From positions 1 to 24,204 of the IMG/VR virus record IMGVR_UViG_3300008117_000285: 24,204 nucleotides of DNA; one strand, written 5' to 3'. This document shows positions 1 to 7,778 of this stretch, in pieces; the first letter of the stretch is position 1; every line of letters begins with the position of its first letter. The translations under genes were made by a program, and so were the position numbers. Origin of the DNA: a virus. Lineage: Duplodnaviria > Caudoviricetes. The notes beneath the pieces are model-generated. The model saw only the letters and a program-made list of their open reading frames with translations. It was not told the DNA's origin and made no database searches.

Positions 1-609
1 TGTTGAAGCAGTTTGAGAAGTTTGCGCAGTAGTTCCATTAAGAAATGGAGTAATAGTTATAGATGTAAGATTTTTTCCACCATTATTTCCGTTAGTCCAA
101 GTAACAGTTACATCTGTTGTGACAGAAGATGTGCTTGCGGTTCCAATAGTTCTTACCTCAGGCAATGTTGTTGGAGTTCTTGCAGCAAAAGTTGGAGTAT
201 TAACAGTAGTTCCAAAATTATTCTGACCATTGCCATAAACCTCATAAGTAGTTCCTGGGGTTAGACCAGTAATTGTTACTGTTGTGCTTGAACTAGATGC
301 AGCGCCGCCGCCCGAAACAGTATAAGCATTGTATTGAGATGGTGTTCCACCGCCAGAACCTGGAGTAAACACAACCGCTAATTTACCAGCGGTACTTGTA
401 TAAGCATCACCAGTTGAGGCATCAGTAACTGATGTTATAGACGGAGTAGATGGAGGAGCCGATACTGCAACCCAAATTGTGCCGTTAAAAATTTCAAGGA
501 TTTCTAGTTCACCATTGTAAAAAGTGTCACCTATTACAGGGCTAGTTGGCCTAGCAGCAGTATTACCTGATGGTATACCAAGTTTTTGAGGAAATTGATT
601 AAATGCCAT
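1..609 (-). CDS. FN3-domain tail fibre/receptor-binding protein, 3'-truncated by window edge (paralog of 1414..3036)
   Basis: Not in ORF track. Manual translation from ATG at 609 (TAATG overlap with upstream stop) is open to position 1: MAFNQFPQKLGIPSGNTAARPTSPVIGDTFYNGELEILEIFNGTIW...ITGLTPGTTYEVYGNGQNNFG...TPTTLP. It aligns closely with the N-terminus of the 540-aa protein. Confidence 0.88.
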   Translation of the reverse strand, partial: MAFNQFPQKLGIPSGNTAARPTSPVIGDTFYNGELEILEIFNGTIWVAVSAPPSTPSITSVTDASTGDAYTSTAGKLAVVFTPGSGGGTPSQYNAYTVSGGGAASSSSTTVTITGLTPGTTYEVYGNGQNNFGTTVNTPTFAARTPTTLPEVRTIGTASTSSVTTDVTVTWTNGNNGGKNLTSITITPFLNGTTAQTSQTAST

Positions 610-923
610 TATGAAATCTCCACTCCACTGATGTGGATTGTCACAGCAGTTGTAGATGCATAACCTGAAATTGTTTTAGGTGTACCAGAAGCAGGGATAA
701 CCTGCTTTAAATCAAACACAGCAAGTGAGTTAGCAGAGATTGCTACCGTAGGCACAATCACTACTCCGTCAATTGCTACCGTTGCAGAGGCTGCACTTGT
801 AGCAGCGTTAGCCAATACAATGTTTGTTACCACAGTTATAGTGGTTGTTGTTGGCACTGTATATAGCGTTGCACTTGATGTGGCTGCTGCTGTTCTAGCA
901 AGAGCCTTTGTTACTGTAGCCAT
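609..923 (-). CDS. ~104-aa beta-rich virion protein, putative fibre adaptor (paralog of 3036..3365)
   Basis: SD-like GAAAGG upstream. Shares TLYTV and a C-terminal xGxEIx motif (ISGVEIS vs AFGSEIA) with the 109-aa protein. Coupled to the downstream FN3 gene. Confidence 0.8.
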   Translation of the reverse strand: MATVTKALARTAAATSSATLYTVPTTTTITVVTNIVLANAATSAASATVAIDGVVIVPTVAISANSLAVFDLKQVIPASGTPKTISGYASTTAVTIHISGVEIS

Positions 924-957
924 TAGTTACTACCTTTCGTTGTTGGTTAAAATTAAT

Positions 958-980
958 TGAGCAGTTTTAATCCATGCTCA
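958..980 (-). promoter_or_regulatory. Intergenic hairpin between the two fibre cassettes
   Basis: Minus strand TGAGCA-TGGATTAAAAC-TGCTCA: 6-bp inverted repeat in the only sizeable intergenic gap of the tail region. Function unknown. Confidence 0.4.
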
Positions 981-994
981 GGGATACAAATTAT

Positions 995-1414
995 TTAAAG
1001 AGGTTGACTTGTAGATACATCAGCAGGTCTAATTGGACAATTATGTCCAACCCACTCTTTGTTTATTTCAGACCATTTCCATTGGAAATCTTCTGAAACC
1101 TCAGTAGGTTTTGCGATAGGTGGTTCCCATTTAAATGTTTGATAATTTAATTTCCAAGAAGGATAAGGTCTTGGACTAATGAATACATCAAATGTATAAT
1201 CATAGATATCTCCAACGGCTGCAAATTTATTGCGTATTGGAGTGCCACCTAGAGCGTGAACCCCATCTACAGTGTTGTAAGATGTTTTAATCCAAGTACC
1301 ACCAAGATTATCTATTAACCATTGATAGCCCTCATCACCCGCTGGGTCGTTATTGTCACCTACGGTAACTCTAACTACTATATTATTTTTATCTATTTCT
1401 GCCCAATGACTCAT
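995..1414 (-). CDS. Tail-fibre-associated protein (putative assembly chaperone/tip partner of the Gly-rich fibre)
   Basis: 139 aa, Trp/Pro-rich (WIKTSYN, PRPYPSW, WEPP). TAATG-coupled to the Gly-rich fibre. Function inferred from position. Confidence 0.7.
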   Translation of the reverse strand: MSHWAEIDKNNIVVRVTVGDNNDPAGDEGYQWLIDNLGGTWIKTSYNTVDGVHALGGTPIRNKFAAVGDIYDYTFDVFISPRPYPSWKLNYQTFKWEPPIAKPTEVSEDFQWKWSEINKEWVGHNCPIRPADVSTSQPL

Positions 1415-3036
1415 TATACATACCTCACTATTAGTACGCCAGAACCGCCTGCTTTTCCTTCACTGTTTGCTCCACCGCCACCACTTCCAGTATTGGCTTT
1501 CCCTGCAGTAACTCCAGATGTATTTCCACCTGAAACACCACCAGTTCCACCGCCACCATATCCACCTCGTGGACTTCCGTAGGCACCGCCTCCGCCACCT
1601 CCAAGATAAATTGTTCCTGGATTAGAGCCAAGACTTGAAACTAATGCATTTGAACCATTTGTTCCAATCTGTGCTGCCCATAAAAATGCAGCAGTATCAG
1701 TTGTAGAACTATTTAGCCAATTGGTTTTACCATCTCCACCAATGTTTACTCCAGTACCTGGGTCACCATCAGCGTTTCCACCAGCAAGACCAGTTCCACC
1801 GCCACCACCACCATTGCAGCAGTTATACCCATTACCACCATTATTTCCATATTTATTAGTTCCAGTAGAAAGTGTAGAGTCAGCAGAACCACCAGCACCT
1901 GTTGCAGCGCCATCAGGGTGTCCGCCTCCACCACCACAACCGCCATTTTGTCCTGGACCAGTATTGCTGTTTCCAGCAGTATCTCCAGTCTTTCGTCCAG
2001 CACCACCACCACCAGCAGCAATAACTGTTGTGCCAAGGGATGTATTAGTACCTGGACTGGTTGTTCCTGCTTGTGCTGCACCACCTGAACCAATTGTAAC
2101 AGTTTGGTTTGAGTTTATAGATACTGAAGGTGAATAAACAAGTGCGCCTGCACCGCCACCGCCAAAGCCACCACCACCGCCACCGCCGACTGCTAATATA
2201 TCAAAATCAACAGTACCGCCACTAACGCCAAGTGTTCCATTAGATGTAAATACACGATAGTTATATCCACCGCTTGTAATCAAAGTACCGCCAGTAATTG
2301 TTGGTGCTACTGGTGTTACCGAAGAATAAGCACTTGAAGCAGGACTGTCTCCATTTGCATTGACTGCTTTTATTCTAAATGTATAAGCAGTTCCATTAGT
2401 TAACCCACTTACTGTTAATGGACTTGTTGTTTGAGCAGGACTAAATGCTGTATATGTAGTTCCATCAGTTGAATACTTATAGTTTGAAATTGATTTACCG
2501 CCTGTATTTCCAGCAGTAAACGTTAAAGTTACTGATGCACTTGCTGCTGTAGACGTACCAATAGTAGGTGCTTGTGGCAATGTTGTTGGAGTTACTGGAC
2601 TAGCATTGGCTGTATTGGTTGAAGTTCCACTACTATTTTGAGCATTACCATACACAGTATAAGCAGTGCCAGGTGTTAATCCTGTAATTACTACTGTTGT
2701 GCCTACTGTTGTAAAACCACTATGTCCACCTGCTGTAGTGAAAGCGTTGTATTGAGTTGGTGTACCACCAGTGGCTGCTGGGACAAAAACAACATCCAGT
2801 GTTCCAGCAGTTGAGGAATAAACAATAGATGTTGATGAGTCTGTTACGCTGCTAATTGTTGGCGCATCAGGTGGAAAGCCCTCACTTTTTAGTACTTTCC
2901 AAGTTGTGCCATTGTAAATTTCTAATGCTTCTACTTGACCATTGTAATAAGTATCACCAATTACAGGGTTAGTTGGTCTACCAGCAGTATTGCCTGATGG
3001 GATTCCAGTTTTAGCGTTTAATTTATTTACTGACAT
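1414..3036 (-). CDS. Tail fibre/receptor-binding protein with two fibronectin type III-like domains and a C-terminal glycine-rich domain
   Basis: FN3 signatures (ITGLTPGTAYTVYG; VSGLTNGTAYTFRIKAVNANGDS). Multiple GGGGG runs ending in GGSGVLIVRY, typical of phage Gly-rich adhesin domains. Confidence 0.85.
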   Translation of the reverse strand: MSVNKLNAKTGIPSGNTAGRPTNPVIGDTYYNGQVEALEIYNGTTWKVLKSEGFPPDAPTISSVTDSSTSIVYSSTAGTLDVVFVPAATGGTPTQYNAFTTAGGHSGFTTVGTTVVITGLTPGTAYTVYGNAQNSSGTSTNTANASPVTPTTLPQAPTIGTSTAASASVTLTFTAGNTGGKSISNYKYSTDGTTYTAFSPAQTTSPLTVSGLTNGTAYTFRIKAVNANGDSPASSAYSSVTPVAPTITGGTLITSGGYNYRVFTSNGTLGVSGGTVDFDILAVGGGGGGGFGGGGAGALVYSPSVSINSNQTVTIGSGGAAQAGTTSPGTNTSLGTTVIAAGGGGAGRKTGDTAGNSNTGPGQNGGCGGGGGHPDGAATGAGGSADSTLSTGTNKYGNNGGNGYNCCNGGGGGGTGLAGGNADGDPGTGVNIGGDGKTNWLNSSTTDTAAFLWAAQIGTNGSNALVSSLGSNPGTIYLGGGGGGAYGSPRGGYGGGGTGGVSGGNTSGVTAGKANTGSGGGGANSEGKAGGSGVLIVRYV

Positions 3037-3365
3037 TATGCAATCTCGCTTCCAAATGCGTTGAATGATACTGTTGCAGATGATGCATAGACTGTAACTA
3101 CATCAGTTGCTGCAAGAGTTACGCCAATAGTAATCATGGTGCTATCGTTTGCTGCTACTGTTGAGTCATATGCAATGTAATGCTTTGCCGCTAGTGTTTC
3201 ACCAGCAGGGCGAATTGCTACACGATAAGTTGCAGATGTTGCTGCCTGGTTTGTTACCGCAATGGTTGACAATACCGCTGACTTACCCGACCCTACAGTG
3301 TAAAGAGTTGTTGCTGTTGTTGCTGATGGGTTTAGTTGACCCAGTACTTTATATGTTGTTGCCAT
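3036..3365 (-). CDS. ~109-aa beta-rich virion protein, putative fibre adaptor
   Basis: MATTYKVLGQ...TLYTV...FNAFGSEIA. Paralog of 609..923. TAATG-coupled to the FN3 fibre. Confidence 0.8.
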   Translation of the reverse strand: MATTYKVLGQLNPSATTATTLYTVGSGKSAVLSTIAVTNQAATSATYRVAIRPAGETLAAKHYIAYDSTVAANDSTMITIGVTLAATDVVTVYASSATVSFNAFGSEIA

Positions 3366-3368
3366 TGG

Positions 3369-3485
3369 TTATGCTCCCATTGTCATTAGTGCTGTCGGGG
3401 TTGAATCTGCTGCTGCAAGTTCTGCGTCTGTAGCAATGTTGGTTGCATCAGATGCTAGGTTTGCTAGGTCTCGTGCTTTTGTCAT
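3369..3485 (-). CDS. 38-aa mini-protein MTKARDLANLASDATNIATDAELAAADSTPTALMTMGA (putative fibre linker)
   Basis: Below the ORF-track cutoff. ATG overlaps the fibre stop (TAATG at 3485) and the stop lies 3 nt before the next ATG, so it fills the gap exactly. Its C-terminus echoes that of the upstream fibre (IMTIMGAY). Confidence 0.8.
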   Translation of the reverse strand: MTKARDLANLASDATNIATDAELAAADSTPTALMTMGA

Positions 3486-5536
3486 TAGTATGCTCCCATG
3501 ATTGTCATGATGTCTTGTGCATTTTGAGAATTAGTAAAGTCTGTTGATGTAACTGCATTTGCTACCTCAAAGGAAGTAAATGTAATAATCTCAACAATAT
3601 CGTTAGCAGCAAGTGCAGCAAGAGAAGTAATGCTTGAACCATTACTTGCTGTGTAATCTGAAGTGCGGACAAGAAGCACGCCGTTAAGATATACTTGTTC
3701 TTTACCAACAATGTATGAAAGTGTTGCGCCATTAGCATCAATGCCAGAGATTGATGTTTCTCCACCAGATGCTGTGTATCTGTAGCGATAGATTTCTGCA
3801 GAAGATGAGATAGAACCCCATGCAGAACCAGACCAAACAAACATAAGGTTACTTGTAGTGTTCCAATAAAGAGCACCAGTTACCAGTGCGTTGCCATCAT
3901 TATCAACAGATGGAGCAGATGCTTTAGCGCCTAGGTATCTATCGTCAAAAGAATCGTATGATGCAGCAGCAGCGGCAGCAGAGGCTGCAGCAGCAGTAGC
4001 AGAACCAGCAACATCATCTACATACAACTTGGTAGCAGCGTGTAGGTTTTGAGTTGGAGCACCAGCAAGAGTTAAGTTACCAGTCATTGTAGAACCAGAC
4101 TTAAGTACGAATGACTCATAAACAGTTCCACCTGCTTGGATTGCTGTTGCAATCTCACCAAGGGTATCTAATGTTCCAGGTGCAGAATTAACAAGGTCTG
4201 CCACTTTTGTATCTACGTAAAGTTTAGTTGCTGCATCTGCATTAGATGTAGGTGTAGCAAGAGATGTAATCTTCTGGCTATTAAGAGATACTGAACCAGT
4301 AGGTGCAGCCATCTGGTCTAAGCGAGATGTTCTTACCTGTGTATCAAAATCTGAGATAGTAGACGCAGCCTGTGAGCCTGTGTGGTTAGCACGAGCATAT
4401 GGGTCAGATACCATCTTGGCTGCAGTAATAGTTCCATCTGCAATATCAGAGGCAACAATAGTGCCATCTACTAAATCGGCAGAAGTAATTGTGCCAGAAA
4501 GGTCTAACTTAGTTTTAGCAATTGCAGCAGTAGAACTAATGTCAGCATTTACAATAGTGCCATTGGCAATCATTGTAGATGTAACTGTGCCTGAATCATC
4601 CAGAGTTACTGCTGTGCCAGAAATCTTAGTCTTATCAATAGCAGCAGAAGAATTAATATCAGCATTAACAATTGTTCCATCAAGAATTTTAGCCGAAGTT
4701 ATTGCTCCGTCTGCAATGTCTCCTGCGACAATTGTGCCATCTAAAATTTTGGCAGAGGTAATAGCGCCATCTGCAATGTCGCCAGCAACAATAGTTCCAT
4801 CTGCAATCTTTGCAGAGGTAATGGCTGAATCCGCAATCTTTGCGGTAGTAACATTAGAATCAAGAATCTTTGCAGTAGTTACAGCATCAGATGCAATTTT
4901 AACAGCGGTTACTGCGCTATCAACAATCTTAGCAGTTGTAATAGATAGGTCATCAATCTTAGTTGTGCCTACAGCGCCAGTGGCAATCTTACCGCTTGTA
5001 ATAGCGGAGTCTGCAATATCACCAGTAGCAATGGTTAAATCTGCAATCTTTGCAGATGTGACAGCACTATCAGCAATCTTGGCTGTAGTTACATTTGAGT
5101 CAGCAATCTTTGCTGTAGTTACAGAAGAAGACTGCAACATTGTTGTTGTAATCATATCTGTATCTGTAGTCTCAAGAACGTTTGCAATAGTCAACCCGTG
5201 TGCTGTGGTTGTATTCTCAATGTGTGTGTTGGCTTCACGATAGTCACGACCAATTGCCATGTGGCGGACAACTGCACCAGCAGAGTGAGCCTGACCAGTT
5301 GAACCATCAACACCACGAGTAATTGTTAGTGTGTTAGTGCTAACCGCACTGACATCTACAATTTCTTCAAGAACTGTATCTGGGTCAATAACTACTGTGA
5401 AAATTTCACCAGCAGAAATTGTTAAACCACCTAACAAGCCAGTACCAGAAACAACAGTAGCGCTTGTAGCGGTTGATGTAAGAGCCGCTGTCAGTGTTGT
5501 TTGCTGTGAGCGGGAGGAGTATTTACGTGTTGTCAT
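3485..5536 (-). CDS. Long tail fibre protein with decapeptide-repeat shaft
   Basis: 683 aa. About 20 copies of a (V/I)TxAKIADxx-type repeat, DAATKLYVD/HAATKLYVD fibre motifs, and a C-terminal domain with VYLNGVLL...DYTA. Follows the adaptor gene. Confidence 0.85.
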   Translation of the reverse strand: MTTRKYSSRSQQTTLTAALTSTATSATVVSGTGLLGGLTISAGEIFTVVIDPDTVLEEIVDVSAVSTNTLTITRGVDGSTGQAHSAGAVVRHMAIGRDYREANTHIENTTTAHGLTIANVLETTDTDMITTTMLQSSSVTTAKIADSNVTTAKIADSAVTSAKIADLTIATGDIADSAITSGKIATGAVGTTKIDDLSITTAKIVDSAVTAVKIASDAVTTAKILDSNVTTAKIADSAITSAKIADGTIVAGDIADGAITSAKILDGTIVAGDIADGAITSAKILDGTIVNADINSSAAIDKTKISGTAVTLDDSGTVTSTMIANGTIVNADISSTAAIAKTKLDLSGTITSADLVDGTIVASDIADGTITAAKMVSDPYARANHTGSQAASTISDFDTQVRTSRLDQMAAPTGSVSLNSQKITSLATPTSNADAATKLYVDTKVADLVNSAPGTLDTLGEIATAIQAGGTVYESFVLKSGSTMTGNLTLAGAPTQNLHAATKLYVDDVAGSATAAAASAAAAAASYDSFDDRYLGAKASAPSVDNDGNALVTGALYWNTTSNLMFVWSGSAWGSISSSAEIYRYRYTASGGETSISGIDANGATLSYIVGKEQVYLNGVLLVRTSDYTASNGSSITSLAALAANDIVEIITFTSFEVANAVTSTDFTNSQNAQDIMTIMGAY
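4406..5152 (-). repeat. Coding tandem repeat, 30-nt/10-aa period
   Basis: Residues ~129-377 of the fibre, e.g. VTTAKIADSN VTTAKIADSA VTSAKIADLT. About 17 uninterrupted units followed by degenerate ones. GCAATCTT recurs on the plus strand. Confidence 0.9.
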
Positions 5537-5544
5537 TTAGGTTC

Positions 5545-6480
5545 CTATCGGCGGGAGAAGTGAACTCTTGTAGGGTAATTCGTCTGTTGTGCTTTATGTT
5601 CTTCTTGAAGACGCTGATTATATAAAGCGTATAGTTGCTTAGTTGCAGTTGAAGAAGCACCATATGGACGTTTGCTATCTGTCTCATCAGCCTGAGGGCT
5701 TGTCTGTGAAGCACGGGCTGGGTCAAGGTATGTAAGCAAACGATATGAAGCACCAAGAACTACCACGTCACGAGTAGATTCTGGTAAACCAGTTGTTGTT
5801 GTATAAACATCTGTGCTGTTTGTAAATGGTACTGGGTTTGTAGCGTATATAATTTTTACTGTGCGACCAGCAATAGGTGCTTCGCCTAAAGTAATTGTTT
5901 GAACTATATCTGTTCCAGTTGTATATCCAAATGCCTCTGGGTTAGCGCTGGCATCAAAATCCCATCTACGAATTGGAATCCACTCTTTTGTTGGACCAAT
6001 ACTCTGCCATGATACATAAAGAATATTACTAATATCTAAGTTAGCAAATGCATAGGTAGATACTGCTGCATTAAAAGTAAAACTAGTTGATTTAACAGCA
6101 TACAGATTTGCGCCTAAGGCACGGATAGTGTCTTGAATGGCACGCTTAACTACATGCTTTGGAAAAGTTGGGCTAACAATTACTCTTGTATCAACAGCAT
6201 GGGTAGTAGCAGTAGTGCCGTAAAACCCACGACCATATGGTGCAACTGTTGCTGTGTTTCCTACACGGTCATAGTTATCTACATACATTAACTCTTCGCC
6301 AATTTCAATTACACCTTTACCTAAATTTTCAGTAGTTGCTAATCGCAAAACTAAAGGAGATGAAGATGGAGAAGTTGTCGTAGTAATTGCTGTAGTCAGA
6401 TAAGTAGAGCGGTCTTGAGTAAATGTGTATCCAGATAGGTTAATTAAAACCTCATCAATCATATTGGCAAATGTAGTCAT
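5545..6480 (-). CDS. Putative head-tail adaptor / tail tubular protein A-like
   Basis: 311 aa. Helical N-terminus (TFANMIDEVLINL), beta-rich middle, and a C-terminal GLPE...VVLGASYRLL...LY..RL.EE pattern typical of podoviral adaptors. Lies between capsid and fibre genes. Confidence 0.6.
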   Translation of the reverse strand: MTTFANMIDEVLINLSGYTFTQDRSTYLTTAITTTTSPSSSPLVLRLATTENLGKGVIEIGEELMYVDNYDRVGNTATVAPYGRGFYGTTATTHAVDTRVIVSPTFPKHVVKRAIQDTIRALGANLYAVKSTSFTFNAAVSTYAFANLDISNILYVSWQSIGPTKEWIPIRRWDFDASANPEAFGYTTGTDIVQTITLGEAPIAGRTVKIIYATNPVPFTNSTDVYTTTTGLPESTRDVVVLGASYRLLTYLDPARASQTSPQADETDSKRPYGASSTATKQLYALYNQRLQEEHKAQQTNYPTRVHFSRR

Positions 6481-6734
6481 TAGGCGTTTATACTCCGTAA
6501 CGCAGCAGGGGCTGCTAATCCAGTAGTCGAAGCAAGTTCATTGCAGATACCATCAATATCTTTAAACTTATCCCTGGTTCTAGCAGCCTCGGCTTTAATA
6601 TTAAGAGCACCTACAGTTGCAAGTCCAGTAGTACCAGCCCAAGCATTAGCAGCACCTTGTTCATCTAAACCAGTTGTTCCAGCAAGACGATTAAGTTCTG
6701 CTGTAAGACTACTACCTGCTTTGCCTAGTGCCAT
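6480..6734 (-). CDS. Hypothetical protein with three NxxA(G/S)TTGL repeats
   Basis: 84 aa containing NRLAGTTGL, NAWAGTTGL and NELASTTGL. TAATG-coupled to the adaptor. Confidence 0.75.
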   Translation of the reverse strand: MALGKAGSSLTAELNRLAGTTGLDEQGAANAWAGTTGLATVGALNIKAEAARTRDKFKDIDGICNELASTTGLAAPAALRSINA

Positions 6735-6760
6735 GGGTTACTTCTTTCTATGATATAAAT

Positions 6761-6919
6761 TTATTTTTTCTTTTTTGCTGCTGCATTGTCAACTAGATTT
6801 GGATAAGGTCTACCCGCTGCTTTAGCACGGGCTTTAGCCTTAGCCTTTTGCGCTGGTGTTAATGGAGTTGATTTTTTATTAGGATTTTTTTTATCCCAGA
6901 ATGCTTTCTTCTTCACCAT
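6761..6919 (-). CDS. Small Lys-rich basic protein (52 aa)
   Basis: Not in ORF track. MVKKKAFWDKKNPNKKSTPLTPAQKAKAKARAKAAGRPYPNLVDNAAAKKKK. Start is ATG 6919 or GTG 6916, overlapping the upstream TGA. Fills the gap. Confidence 0.8.
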   Translation of the reverse strand: MVKKKAFWDKKNPNKKSTPLTPAQKAKAKARAKAAGRPYPNLVDNAAAKKKK

Positions 6920-7167
6920 TTCACCTTATCTGCCCAGTATGCTGCTGACATTTTGCCTTTGGCAATATTCTTAGCATGACGTGCTTTAAATGACGCCTGC
7001 CGTGCTGTTGGCTTTTTATCACCAGTAACACCCTGTTGACCAAAGCGAATGGTTTTAACCTTATCGCCTTCTTTAGCCACAACTACGTGTGACTTCTTTG
7101 GATGATTAGGTGTGCGCTTTGGCTTATTAAAACCTGACACACCTGCTCGCTTTAACCGTGGGTCCAT
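6913..7167 (-). CDS. Small basic viral protein (possibly DUF5754-like)
   Basis: 84 aa with the motif KTIRFGQQG...R.ASFKARH...AAYWADKVKW, recalled from a widespread uncharacterised viral family. Family name not verified. Confidence 0.8.
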   Translation of the reverse strand: MDPRLKRAGVSGFNKPKRTPNHPKKSHVVVAKEGDKVKTIRFGQQGVTGDKKPTARQASFKARHAKNIAKGKMSAAYWADKVKW

Positions 7168-7169
7168 TG

Positions 7170-7331
7170 TTATCCCTTAACTTTCTTTAGCCTAGGATTT
7201 TTTTTCTTAGCAGCAGGGGAAGCCTTGCGGGCAGCCGAAGCAAGAATCGCACTTGCATTCTCCTTGCTGATTCCCTGCTTCTTCGCAATTCCCGCAGCAA
7301 CTTTCTTGAACCCAGGATGCTTCTGTTTCAC
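7170..7331 (-). CDS. Small Lys/Ala-rich basic protein (53 aa)
   Basis: Not in ORF track. GTG start overlaps the upstream TAG (TAGTG). MKQKHPGFKKVAAGIAKKQGISKENASAILASAARKASPAAKKKNPRLKKVKG. Stop lies 2 nt before the next ATG. Confidence 0.8.
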   Translation of the reverse strand: MKQKHPGFKKVAAGIAKKQGISKENASAILASAARKASPAAKKKNPRLKKVKG

Positions 7332-7621
7332 TAACGTTGCCGTCCTTTAACATATTTACCGTTCTTATCAATTTGGTCGGATGAAGTACCCTTCTTCCCC
7401 TTAACGATTGCATTGATTGCTTCAATAACTTGGCGGTCCTGATTGTTGCCAGATGACATAGCAGCACGCTTTGTTGCTGCTTCATTTGCTGGACCACGGT
7501 TTTGATAATCAAACTGTGCGCCGAGTGATGTGCCAATTGCAGTAGGAACGTCTCTTACTTCACGCAATGCGTTACCTACATAGCCACCAATTCTTTGGAT
7601 TGGACTTTTACGGGTAGCCAT
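7331..7621 (-). CDS. Hypothetical basic protein (96 aa)
   Basis: ATG 1 nt after the upstream stop and stop overlapping the next start. No recognised domain. Confidence 0.7.
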   Translation of the reverse strand: MATRKSPIQRIGGYVGNALREVRDVPTAIGTSLGAQFDYQNRGPANEAATKRAAMSSGNNQDRQVIEAINAIVKGKKGTSSDQIDKNGKYVKGRQR

Positions 7622-7622
7622 A

Positions 7623-7778
7623 TTACTTCTTCTTACCCATTTTCTTCATGCCCTTTTTCATTTCCATCATCTTCTCAGACTTGGATTCCATCTTTTCTCC
7701 TGCCTTGTAAGCAGCCTTCTTAGCAGCAGCCTTACCTTTTGCAGTGTATGGGAACTTCTTGTTTCCTACTTTTGGCAT
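7623..7778 (-). CDS. Small Lys/Met-rich basic protein (51 aa)
   Basis: Not in ORF track. TAATG-coupled. MPKVGNKKFPYTAKGKAAAKKAAYKAGEKMESKSEKMMEMKKGMKKMGKKK (18 Lys, 7 Met). Confidence 0.8.
   Translation of the reverse strand: MPKVGNKKFPYTAKGKAAAKKAAYKAGEKMESKSEKMMEMKKGMKKMGKKK

Noticed and set aside
1-3036. Paralogous FN3 genes as DGR template/variable repeats or an invertible shufflon
   Set aside because: Differences are not adenine-specific, both copies are in the same orientation, and no reverse transcriptase or invertase is present in the window.
4380-5243. 287-aa plus-strand ORF
   Set aside because: Antisense shadow of the repetitive fibre shaft. The other plus-strand ORFs (e.g. 1721..2137 poly-Pro opposite the poly-Gly domain) are likewise shadows.
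6885-7205. T8 homopolymers (6885-6892, 7198-7205) as phase-variation sites
   Set aside because: Explained by consecutive Lys codons, and the reading frames are intact.
7207-7536. 109-aa minus-strand ORF ending in a metallothionein-like Cys cluster (CCGNC...CKCDSCFGC...CC)
   Set aside because: It is an alternative frame of the coupled 96-aa and 53-aa genes. The TGC codons arise from T + GCN (Ala) codons of the real frame, and there is no convincing start signal.
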